The position numbers and the translations under genes were made by a program. The notes beneath the pieces are model-generated. The model had not been told where the DNA came from. It did no database searches and saw only the letters and a list, made by a program, of their open reading frames with translations. This document shows positions 10,071 through 18,614 of a stretch of DNA of 64,000 nt, in pieces (the first letter of the stretch is position 1; the number at the start of each line of letters is the position of its first letter). The stretch lies in the NCBI GenBank assembly GCA_963739995.1, contig CAVUCH010000001.1, positions 153,521 to 217,520 on the forward strand, read 5' to 3'. The stretch comes from Vicinamibacteria bacterium (GTDB lineage Bacteria; Acidobacteriota; Vicinamibacteria; Vicinamibacterales; JAENWD01).

Positions 10071-10449
10071 GTTCCTCGACGAATCTATGACCTTGTCTCG
10101 TCGGTGCCCGATAGCGGCGCGATGCGTCGAGCGCGACCGGCGGAAGTGGAGCGGCTGATGACGACCAGACGCGCGTGGCCCTCGAGGATTTGCGCCGACA
10201 GCTCGAGATGGACGCCGACCGCACGGCCCGGAATCGCGCGGTGCTCCTTGAGCGCGCGGCTGAGCTCATCGAACGCCGCCACCCGTGCGACGTTTGAAAC
10301 CGCGTTCTTACGGATCCAGAAAGGGCACTGACCTGCCGTAATGGCGCTGGCGCCTTGCGGAGGCGTCAAGCGCCATTTTTCAAGGGAATGAGTCGATCGT
10401 CAGGGGGCACATTTCTTGCCCGGCCAAGTCGGCGAAGGGAGCGTGCAGC

Positions 10450-11082
10450 ATGCCGATACGCTCGTGTCCGCTCGTCGTCCTGGTCGCGACCGCCGCCCTG
10501 GTCGTGGCGTGCGAGAACCAACGCGCGCAACCGGTCGGTCCATCAAGTCTGTCGCATCCGGTCAGCCCGTCAACTCCAGAAAACGGCCAATCCGCCGTCG
10601 TTGCCGTGCCGGCGCAGGTCGCCTCGTCGAGGGGCGCATCGCAGCACGTTGTCACCCTCTTTGACGCCTGCGACCCCGAGACGTTCAATGCCGCGCTCGG
10701 TGCCGGATCGTGCGCGAGATCGGGAGGCGTAGAGTTCGCCAAGTTCCTGGAACAGCTCGGGCGCCATGGGGCGATTGGCGCTTGGCACTTCGCTCCCTCG
10801 ACTGTGACGATGCAGGTTGGGCAGCTGCTCGTGGCTAAGAACCGCGGGGGAGAGGCGCACACCTTCACCGAAGTCGAAGAGTTCGGCGGCGGGATTGTCC
10901 CGGAACTGAACGACCTCACGGGATTGACGAACGTCGCACCCGAGTGCAATCAACTGATGGGCAGTGATTTCCTGGCGCCAGGCGCTTCGTCGAGCGAAGA
11001 AGAAGAAGAAGCCGGCGTCGAGAACTATCAGTGCTGCATCCACCCGTGGATGCGGGCTCAGGTTCGGGTCACGGAGAAGTGA
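10450..11082 (+). CDS. Cupredoxin/plastocyanin-like lipoprotein
   Basis: Lipobox LVVAC; type-1 copper-like ligands GEAHTF ... YQCCIHPWM. Confidence 0.75.
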   Translation: MPIRSCPLVVLVATAALVVACENQRAQPVGPSSLSHPVSPSTPENGQSAVVAVPAQVASSRGASQHVVTLFDACDPETFNAALGAGSCARSGGVEFAKFLEQLGRHGAIGAWHFAPSTVTMQVGQLLVAKNRGGEAHTFTEVEEFGGGIVPELNDLTGLTNVAPECNQLMGSDFLAPGASSSEEEEEAGVENYQCCIHPWMRAQVRVTEK

Positions 11083-11496
11083 CGCTACGCGGACGACATC
11101 CGCGAAGCAATGTCGTCGGTGCCAGCGGGATGGTCCTCGCGACGAAAGATGGCGCGTCCGGCACTCGCTCGGACGCGCCGTAGGCCCGCCGTCGGCGTTG
11201 CCGCGTCTTTCTGAATCGCGGCCACGAACTCCTGCAAGGCCTCCGCGGCCACGGATCGGTTAGAAACTGCGAGCCGCCACTCTGCGAGTGCTTCTAGAAC
11301 TTTCCTGTGTCAGCGGTCCGTGACTCTCGCGACCCGTCCCGCGATTGCACGTGTGGGAAGACCTGCCGGGAACGCCACACATGTGTTCTACACCCGCTGC
11401 GTGCGTGCGGGCCGTTGAAAATGGCGAGAGCGCGCGTGGCGCGCTGCGTGTGCGAGGCGGGCCGAGCGACCTTCTCGTCATCCCGTGCGCGTAACG

Positions 11497-11766
11497 CTAC
11501 GTCTGTAGGGGTTCCTCGTCGACGGCGGGCAGGTGGTGGACGGCGGCCGCGCAGTCTCGCGCGGCTTCGCTGATGATCTTGTTGGTCCGGAGCACCGATT
11601 CCATGTCCGACACGAGCTGGCGCTTGAGATACGCTCTCGCGTCTCTGCGTTCGCGAAACTGATCGATGATTCGCTGGGCATCGGTCAGGGCGCGAAGCTG
11701 CTCCTCGCATTGGGTGCGAAGATCCCATAAGGATGCGGAGACCATGACGATGCTGGTGTCTGGCAT
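11497..11766 (-). CDS. Hypothetical helical protein (89 aa)
   Basis: Amphipathic helical pattern; no recognised family. Confidence 0.45.
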   Translation of the reverse strand: MPDTSIVMVSASLWDLRTQCEEQLRALTDAQRIIDQFRERRDARAYLKRQLVSDMESVLRTNKIISEAARDCAAAVHHLPAVDEEPLQT

Positions 11767-11841
11767 GGCGGCGAACAGTGCTTACGTGTCTGCGCCTCGC
11801 ACGGCGACTCCCCAGGGAATTCAGGACTACGGGACGTGAAC

Positions 11842-11857
11842 GGCCCGCAGCCTATCA
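11842..11857 (-). promoter_or_regulatory. Candidate original tRNA promoter (extended -10 plus GC-rich discriminator)
   Basis: Minus strand reads TGaTAGGCT-GCGGGCC-GTTCAC-GTCCCGTAG, a promoter followed directly by a stump of the tRNA 5' end. Confidence 0.5.
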
Positions 11858-12113
11858 CAGAAACCGCGCAACAAAGCCGGTGCCCGCGAGCATGTTTGCG
11901 CCGTTGTAGTCGACGCGGAGCAGCGGCAGCGCCGGGTGCCACACGGATCGCGCCGTGCCGGCGGGGCGCCTCCGCGCCCTCGGTGCGACGCCGGTCTTTC
12001 ACCAGGCTGCTAGGGGCGGCGCCGGTCGAGCAGGGGTGCAAAGTCGCGCCCGCTGCCCGGCCGTATACAATCAATCGTCGAGGTCACCTGAACCAGCACT
12101 CATCGGAGGCCAC

Positions 12114-12377
12114 GTGTCAGACACCAAGAAGATCCAGGCGAAGCTGCAGAAGGCGGAGGCGGACGCCGACCGCGAGCGGACGAAGCTGCGAGCGAAGGCT
12201 GAAAGCAAGATCGCGCGAATCAAGAACGAACTCCGCGCCGAGGAGTCGAAGATCGCGGCGAAGGTCGAGCGGAAACGCGAGAAGACTGCACTCAGGCTCG
12301 CGGCCGCGAGCGCCGCGGCGGGGAGCGACGGCAGGGGCAACGGGCGATCGTTGAAAGCGCGGCCGCAGGGCCGATAG
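12114..12377 (+). CDS. Small basic coiled-coil protein
   Basis: GGAGG SD before GTG, TACAAT -10 at 12066-12071; K/E/A-rich heptads. Confidence 0.6.
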   Translation: MSDTKKIQAKLQKAEADADRERTKLRAKAESKIARIKNELRAEESKIAAKVERKREKTALRLAAASAAAGSDGRGNGRSLKARPQGR

Positions 12378-12396
12378 GCAGCGGCAGGGAACCGGG

Positions 12397-12816
12397 TCAG
12401 TGCACGGTGGCCAGCCGCCCGATCACCCCGCCGTGCGCCACGAGCACGGTGGGGTCGCGCTGCAGCAGCTCGTGGTACCGCCGGCCGAACGGCGCCTGCC
12501 CGTCGGTGAGCAGCGTGCGCGTCCGCTCCACGAACACTGCCGCGCGCTCGTCGGTCACCGGTTCCTCGCCGTCCAGCAGTTCATCGATCTGGACGATCAG
12601 CTCGGAGACGGGCCGCAGCCAACTAAACCACTCGTGCTGCAGCGCGAGCTGCAAAAACTCCTGGCTCGACGCGATCCGGCCCTTCGCGCGCTCGTAGCCG
12701 ACGCGTTCGGACTCGAGCAGCGCCTTGTGCAGCCGCAGCAACCCGTCCCGCACGCCGTGCAATCGCCCGCGTGCATGCCGTGACCCCTCCGGCCTGCTGC
12801 GCCCCGCGTCCGCCAT
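12397..12816 (-). CDS. Conserved hypothetical helical protein
   Basis: LLRLHKALLESER..YE...GRI..WFSWLRPVSELIVQIDE; GGAG SD. Confidence 0.7.
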   Translation of the reverse strand: MADAGRSRPEGSRHARGRLHGVRDGLLRLHKALLESERVGYERAKGRIASSQEFLQLALQHEWFSWLRPVSELIVQIDELLDGEEPVTDERAAVFVERTRTLLTDGQAPFGRRYHELLQRDPTVLVAHGGVIGRLATVH

Positions 12817-12870
12817 CCTCACTCCAGCTACTCCGTCAGCCTGTCGTCCATTGATGATAGCGCGACGCCG

Positions 12871-15570
12871 TTACCGCGTCTCCAGGCCTTCTGCGATGGT
12901 GACCTGCACCTTTCCCGTCTGGGTGTTCGCGCCCAGCTTGATGGTCACCTCGTACTCTCCGGGCGCGACGAACTTCGCGCCCTGGCCGCCGTATGCGTTC
13001 AACATGTCCTTGGTCGGCTTGAGATCCCACACGAGCCGATTGAATCCGGGCAGCGCCGGGCCTGAGAAAGACGCCACCGCCGCCCCGGTAGGCCCTTTGA
13101 TGGAGATGGTCAACGGCTCGCCGGTGAACTCGCGTACCCACACGTCTATCCGCGCGCCTCCCGGCGGGTTCGCGCCGCGGAAAACGCCTCCGCTGCCCCC
13201 CCATTCCACCCATCCGGGCAGCGGTTCGAAGCCGGACGCGGGGCTCAGCGGAAACAGAAAGGCCGGATGCGTCATCACCTCGGGAGTGAGACGCTCGAGC
13301 GGGCCGATGTCGTCCAGGATGTACAGGCTCCGTCCGTGGGTGGCGATCAACAGGTCGCGCGTGCGCGGGTGCACCAGGATGTCATCCACCGGCACCGCCG
13401 GCAGACCGCCGATCGGGATCCACGTCGTGCCGCGATCGAAGCTGGCGTACAGGCCGATCTCGGTGCCAGCAAACAGCAGGTCCGCATTCGCCGGATCCTC
13501 ACGCACGACGCGCACCGGCCAGGTGGCGGGGAGGTTCCCGGCGACGCTCTGCCACGTGCGCCCGAGGTCTGCGGTGCGATAGACGAGCGGCGCGTAGTTG
13601 CCCCCGTGATAGGCGCTCACCGCCAGGTAGGCGACCTTGTCATCGGCGTGCCCCGGTTCGACGCGAGCGATCCACTGATCCTTCGCCGCTGCCGGAAGGC
13701 TCGCCGTCAGATCCGTCCACCTGCCGCCCTCGTCTTCGGTCACCCACAATTTGCCGTCATCGGTGCCGGCCCACAGGAGCCCCGCCTTGCGGGAGGAGAC
13801 GCCCAGCGTGAAGACGACGCCGTAGTTCTCCGCGCCGCTGCCTACCGTGATGATGCGCTCCGCGCGGCGCGCCGACAGGTCAGGGCTGATCGTCTTCCAC
13901 GTCTCGCCGCGTTCGGTCAGCTTGAACACCCGGTTCCCCGCGAGATACATCGCGCCCTTCTCGTGCGGGCTGGCGACGAGCGGCGAGTTCCAGTGGAACC
14001 GGAAAGCGGGCTGTCCTTCCTGCGGCTCGGGTCGGAGCATCTTGACGGCCCCGCTCCCGAGGTGCATGCGGTGGACGAACCCCTGCTGCGACTCGGCGTA
14101 CACGACGTGGCGGTCAGAGGGATCGAACACGCAGTAGAACCCGTCGCCGCCGCCGATGTTGATCCACTCCGCGTTGGTGACCCCGTCCTTCGACCGCGTG
14201 GCGCTTGGCCCCACCCAGTTCACGTTGTCCTGGAGCCCGCCGCAGATCCTGTACGGCGCGCTGTCGTCCACGGCCACGCGATAAAACTCGCCGATGGCCA
14301 TCGTATTCACGTGGGTCCACGAGGTGGCGCGATCGTACGTCTGGTACACGCCGCCATCGGTGCCGAGCAGCATCCGCGCCGGGTTCCTGGGGTCGATGGC
14401 GAGAGCGTGGGTGTCCGGATGCACCTTTGCGAAGCGATCCTCGCGGAAGGTCTTTCCCCCGTCTTCGGAGACGTGCAGCATGAACCCGAGGACGTACACG
14501 AGGCGATCGTCCTGCGGGTCGACGCGAATCTTGCTGAAGTAGAAAGGACGCGGGTTCAGCGCGCTCGTCCGCGTCCAGGTGTCGCCGCCATCGGCAGACC
14601 GGAAGACGCCGCCGCGCCTGCTGAGCACCTCATCGATGCTCTGCGTCCCGCCATCGCTGCTCTGGACGATCGCGACGATCACCTTCGGGTTCTTCGCGAA
14701 GACGGAGAGCCCGATTCGTCCGGTCTGGACGGGCAGGCCGCCGGCCAGTTTCTTCCACGTGGCGCCTGCGTCGACGCTCCGGTAAATACCACCCACGTCG
14801 CGGCCCTTCGTGACGTCCGTGCCCGCGTCGAACGACCAGGGCGTGCGCCGCCGTGCGTAGAGCACGGCGTAGACGGTGTTCGGGTTCTGCGGATCAATTG
14901 CGACGTCACCGCAGCCTGTCGTGACGTGATCGGGCGCGGGCGCCTGCAGGATGGGCTTCCACGACCCACCGCCATCGGTCGTCTTGAAGAGACCACGCTC
15001 GGCGTTGTCGTTCCAGAGATCGCCGATGGCAGCCACGTAGGCGACCGCCGGGTCGGTCGGATGCGCGGCGATTCGCGCCACCGCCTTCGTGCCGCGGAGG
15101 CCGGGGGCGGCCCACGTCGTGCCGCCGTCCGCGGATCGGTAGACGCCCGTGCCCCAGCCGGAGCTGTTGCGATCGTTTGCTTCCCCGGTGCCGAGCCAGA
15201 TGACCTTCGGATCGGAAGGGGCGACCGCCACGGCGCCAGTCGAGGAAAAGTCCTGCTTGTCGGTAAGGGCCGTAAAGGTTCCGCCGTTGTTGCTCGTCTT
15301 CATGAGCCCGCCATGCGCGGTGGCGACGTAGAACGTCCATGGATCCTGCGGGTCGAGGGCGATATCGGAGATGCGCCCGCCCATCACCGCAGGACCGATG
15401 CTCCGCGCAGCCAACGGCTTGAGCATTGCGGCGGAAGGCGTCGGGCGCGATGGCGTGCCAGTCTCGCGAGTCGCGTCGACCGGTTTTGCGGCCGGCTTCC
15501 GGCTCTGTGCCATCGGTGATGGAGACAGCGAGATGATGAGTAAAGCGATGGCGGCGGCGCGTTGCGTCAA
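12871..15570 (-). CDS. Secreted BNR/Asp-box (VPS10/sialidase-like) beta-propeller glycosyl hydrolase
   Basis: Signal peptide; RSIGPAVMGGRI; many SxDGGxTW Asp-boxes; GGLQDN; GGDGF; RFHWNSP; ATHGR. Confidence 0.88.
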   Translation of the reverse strand: MTQRAAAIALLIISLSPSPMAQSRKPAAKPVDATRETGTPSRPTPSAAMLKPLAARSIGPAVMGGRISDIALDPQDPWTFYVATAHGGLMKTSNNGGTFTALTDKQDFSSTGAVAVAPSDPKVIWLGTGEANDRNSSGWGTGVYRSADGGTTWAAPGLRGTKAVARIAAHPTDPAVAYVAAIGDLWNDNAERGLFKTTDGGGSWKPILQAPAPDHVTTGCGDVAIDPQNPNTVYAVLYARRRTPWSFDAGTDVTKGRDVGGIYRSVDAGATWKKLAGGLPVQTGRIGLSVFAKNPKVIVAIVQSSDGGTQSIDEVLSRRGGVFRSADGGDTWTRTSALNPRPFYFSKIRVDPQDDRLVYVLGFMLHVSEDGGKTFREDRFAKVHPDTHALAIDPRNPARMLLGTDGGVYQTYDRATSWTHVNTMAIGEFYRVAVDDSAPYRICGGLQDNVNWVGPSATRSKDGVTNAEWINIGGGDGFYCVFDPSDRHVVYAESQQGFVHRMHLGSGAVKMLRPEPQEGQPAFRFHWNSPLVASPHEKGAMYLAGNRVFKLTERGETWKTISPDLSARRAERIITVGSGAENYGVVFTLGVSSRKAGLLWAGTDDGKLWVTEDEGGRWTDLTASLPAAAKDQWIARVEPGHADDKVAYLAVSAYHGGNYAPLVYRTADLGRTWQSVAGNLPATWPVRVVREDPANADLLFAGTEIGLYASFDRGTTWIPIGGLPAVPVDDILVHPRTRDLLIATHGRSLYILDDIGPLERLTPEVMTHPAFLFPLSPASGFEPLPGWVEWGGSGGVFRGANPPGGARIDVWVREFTGEPLTISIKGPTGAAVASFSGPALPGFNRLVWDLKPTKDMLNAYGGQGAKFVAPGEYEVTIKLGANTQTGKVQVTIAEGLETR

Positions 15571-15597
15571 CGGAGCCTCATGAAGAAAGGGGACGAC

Positions 15598-16761
15598 TCA
15601 CTTCTGCGCGGGACGTCGCTCGTCGCGCCACCCGTAGGCACGCAGCATGATCCCGAACAGATCCGTATTGGAGAGATACCCGTGCACGCGGAACGAGCCG
15701 GGGCCCTGCGCCGCGGCCATCACAGGCTCCCCGGTATGCGTGCCATCCATCGAGAGGTTCGGTAGTCTCAGTGACGTGACGGACTCATCGTTGGCGGCCT
15801 CTGTGACCGCGTCCAGGCCGTCCAGCAGGTTGGCGCCCGTGGCGCCGTCATGCACCCGCAGGTCGAAGGAGTGATCCGCCGTGAAGAGCACGAGCGTCTC
15901 CGGACCCGCCGCGGCCGTCGTGTCCCGGATAATCCGATCGAAGGCGACCATCCGCTCGAGCCCTCGCCGCGCGCGGTCGGTGTGGACGTCGCACTCGACC
16001 ATCAGGAATGAGCCTCGCGGGTTCCGGGCCAGCACCGTCTGCGCCGTCCGGACGGCCGCCGCCAGATCGAATTCCGCGCCTTCGTAGAGCACGACCGCGC
16101 GCCGCGCGCCGGGCGGGATCTCGGAGAGGTCGGCAAGCAAAGTGCGGTGCGCGGCGCCCGCAATGACCGAGAGGTCCTGGCCTGATTCCGCGACCGCCTT
16201 CGTAAGGGCGGTGCGACCGCCGCCGATCAGGACGTCGACCCCATCGCCCCGGCGCGGCGAGAACGCCTGGAGGATGATCTCCGCTTCCTTGCCGCGATCG
16301 TTCGCCTTCGCATACAGCGCCGCCGGCGTGGCGCCGGCCACCGAGTCGTTTGTGACGATGCCGGTCGAGAGGCCGCGCGCTTCCGCGTACTCCAGAATCG
16401 ATTGGAGAGGCGCGCCATCGGATTGCTTGCGAATCGCGTCGGGCCCCTGCGACAGCACTCCATTGTTGGTCTTGCGGCCCGTGACGATCGCCGTCATGCC
16501 TGCCGCCGAATCGGTGACCCAGGCGTCGGCGGCGGAGGTGTCGACGAGCGCGATGTGTGGCATCTGCTGCACGAACAGACCCCGCGGTGAGCCCGTGGCG
16601 AGGAGGCTGGCGGCGTGGATCGTCGGGATTCCTCCCGCGTCGGCAAGGAACAGGATGACGTGTCGTGCGCGTGCGGCAGCCGGCGCAGCGGGCTGCGTTC
16701 CGGCGGGGGTGACTATCGCCAGCGACAGCAGGATCGCGAGCAGGGCAGCGGGGCGTGTCAC
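15598..16761 (-). CDS. Alkaline phosphatase (PhoA family)
   Basis: Signal peptide; VILFLADAGG, VTDSAAGMTA (catalytic Ser), ATPAA, FLMVE, TADH, HTGE. Confidence 0.88.
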   Translation of the reverse strand: MTRPAALLAILLSLAIVTPAGTQPAAPAAARARHVILFLADAGGIPTIHAASLLATGSPRGLFVQQMPHIALVDTSAADAWVTDSAAGMTAIVTGRKTNNGVLSQGPDAIRKQSDGAPLQSILEYAEARGLSTGIVTNDSVAGATPAALYAKANDRGKEAEIILQAFSPRRGDGVDVLIGGGRTALTKAVAESGQDLSVIAGAAHRTLLADLSEIPPGARRAVVLYEGAEFDLAAAVRTAQTVLARNPRGSFLMVECDVHTDRARRGLERMVAFDRIIRDTTAAAGPETLVLFTADHSFDLRVHDGATGANLLDGLDAVTEAANDESVTSLRLPNLSMDGTHTGEPVMAAAQGPGSFRVHGYLSNTDLFGIMLRAYGWRDERRPAQK

Positions 16762-16894
16762 GGGCGCCAGCGTAGTCGCACTGCTCGTCGCGTGTAAAGG
16801 CGCGGCGGCGTCCTCACCGGTCGACGCCATCGAGCATCCAGATGCTGCCAGTCACCGCCTTCAGGGTGAGCACCACGTGCTGCGACCGGAGAGT

Positions 16895-17110
16895 AACCGT
16901 AATCGCGATGTCGAGCACTTCGCGGAGGGGAGCCGCGGCGCGCTCCCGGGAAAGCCACTCTCTGAGTGTGCGACCCGCCACGTACTCGATCGCAATGAAG
17001 TGGCGGCGGTCGGTCACATCGAGCGCGTGGACGACGCAGACGTTGGGATGAGTCAGGTCGGACGCAGAACGCGCCTCGTGCGCGGAGCGGGTGACCCGCT
17101 GCGCGTCCGA
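16895..17110 (-). pseudogene. Fragment of a Hanks-type Ser/Thr protein kinase (alphaC to hinge region)
   Basis: HEARSASDLTHPNVCVVH...HFIAIEYVAGRTLREWL..LREVLDIA; no Gly loop, HRD or DFG. Confidence 0.7.
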
Positions 17111-17196
17111 CGTGACGCCGGCCGGGACGGCCGTTCCCGTCGTATTGATGTGGACGCGCCAACGGAGGGAGAATGACAGCCGAAGGGGATCGCTCC

Positions 17197-18579
17197 ATGG
17201 CACACGCATCGACACGCCGGGACTTCATCAGGACCTCGGCCCACGCCGCGGCCGCCGTTGCACTCGCGCCAGCGCTCGGGTCACGCACACACGCCTCCGT
17301 GCTCGGGGCGAACGACAGCATCGGTGTCGGTATCATCGGCATCGGCATCCGGGGCGAGATCCTCCTTCGAGGTACCGCGACTGTCCCGAACACCCGGGTG
17401 GTCGAGGTCGCCGATGCGTATGACACGCACTTCGAGCGCGCCCGTGAGCTGGTCGGTCCCGACCTCCGCACCGGCCGCGACTACAGGAGGCTGCTCGACA
17501 ACACGGACGTGCAGGCGGTCATCATCGCGGTCCCCGATCACTGGCACAGGCAGATGGCGCTCGACGCGATGGACGCCGGCAAGGACGTGTTCATCGAGAA
17601 GCCGATGACACACCGGTGGGAGGACGGCGAGGCGATTATCGACGCGGCCCGCGAGAAGAAACGGATCGTGCAGGTCGGCAGCCAGTGGGCGAGCGTCGCG
17701 GCCAACGCGCAGGCGATCGACATCATCACCTCCGGGAAGCTTGGTCAGGTGACGCTCATCGACGGTCGCATGCACCGCAACACGCCGACCGGCGCCTGGT
17801 ACTACCCCGTGCCGCCGGATGCCTCGCCCGAGACCATCGACTGGGCGCGCTTCATCGGTCCGGCGCCCGAGCGTCCTTTCGACGCGAGCCGCTTCTTCCA
17901 GTGGCGCCTCTACTGGGACTACTCGGGCGGCCTGCCCACGGACCTGTTCGTCCACATGATCACCGCGACGCACGCGCTGATGGGCGTGAAGATGGCCAAC
18001 CGGGTCATGGGCATGGGCGCCATTCACCATTTCAAGAACCGCGAAGTCCCCGAGCAGATGTCGGCCATCGTCGAGTATCCAGACTTCACCCTCACGCTCA
18101 CGTCGACCGCCACGAACAATCACCCGTACCCGCTGCTCACGATCATGGGCACCGAGGGCACGCTCGAGTACCACGGGTCGAGGCTCGTCTACCACTCCGA
18201 ACCGGTGCTCGAGAACTACACGTACTCGACCAACGCCTGGCCAAAGGCGACGCGCGAGAAGTACGCCGAGCTGCACGATCTCGATCCCGCGACAATGCGG
18301 CCGAACCCGACGGCGACACTGAAGAAGCCGGAGCCGCAGGAGATCCAGGTGCCGGGCCGCGACTCGACGGAACTGCACCTCGAGAAGTTCTTCGACAGCG
18401 TCCGGACGCGGAGGGAGCCGTTCGAGAACGCGGAGATGGGTCATCTGTGCGCAACGGTCGGCCACATGGTGAACCTCAGCTACAAGAGCCACCGCGAGAT
18501 GCAATGGGATGCGGAGAAGCGGCGGGTCGTCGAGGGCGGGCGGCCGACGGAGCGTACATCGATGACGGCAACGGGGTAG
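17197..18579 (+). CDS. Tat-exported Gfo/Idh/MocA oxidoreductase
   Basis: TRRDFI Tat motif; GIIGIGIRG; AVPDHWH; GKDVFIEKPM; QWRLYWDYSGG; DLFVH. Confidence 0.92.
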   Translation: MAHASTRRDFIRTSAHAAAAVALAPALGSRTHASVLGANDSIGVGIIGIGIRGEILLRGTATVPNTRVVEVADAYDTHFERARELVGPDLRTGRDYRRLLDNTDVQAVIIAVPDHWHRQMALDAMDAGKDVFIEKPMTHRWEDGEAIIDAAREKKRIVQVGSQWASVAANAQAIDIITSGKLGQVTLIDGRMHRNTPTGAWYYPVPPDASPETIDWARFIGPAPERPFDASRFFQWRLYWDYSGGLPTDLFVHMITATHALMGVKMANRVMGMGAIHHFKNREVPEQMSAIVEYPDFTLTLTSTATNNHPYPLLTIMGTEGTLEYHGSRLVYHSEPVLENYTYSTNAWPKATREKYAELHDLDPATMRPNPTATLKKPEPQEIQVPGRDSTELHLEKFFDSVRTRREPFENAEMGHLCATVGHMVNLSYKSHREMQWDAEKRRVVEGGRPTERTSMTATG

Positions 18580-18614
18580 GGAGGGGCCCCCAGCGCCCAC
18601 CGCCTTGGCGCCGC

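Larger units (their letters stand above)
9602..11839. mobile_element. Candidate ~2.2 kb degenerate integrative element at the 5' end of tRNA-Arg(CCT)
   Basis: CTACGGGGACGTGA (9602-9615, tRNA 5' end plus leader) recurs as CTACGGGACGTGA at 11827-11839; contains an integrase remnant and cargo genes. Confidence 0.6.

Noticed and set aside
9534-10331. 265-aa plus ORF starting MASPAGLEPATPGLG
   Set aside because: Translation of the tRNA antisense strand and of the integrase remnant antisense.
13267-15519. 750-aa plus-strand ORF
   Set aside because: Antisense shadow of the BNR hydrolase; no motifs; typical of high-GC codon bias.
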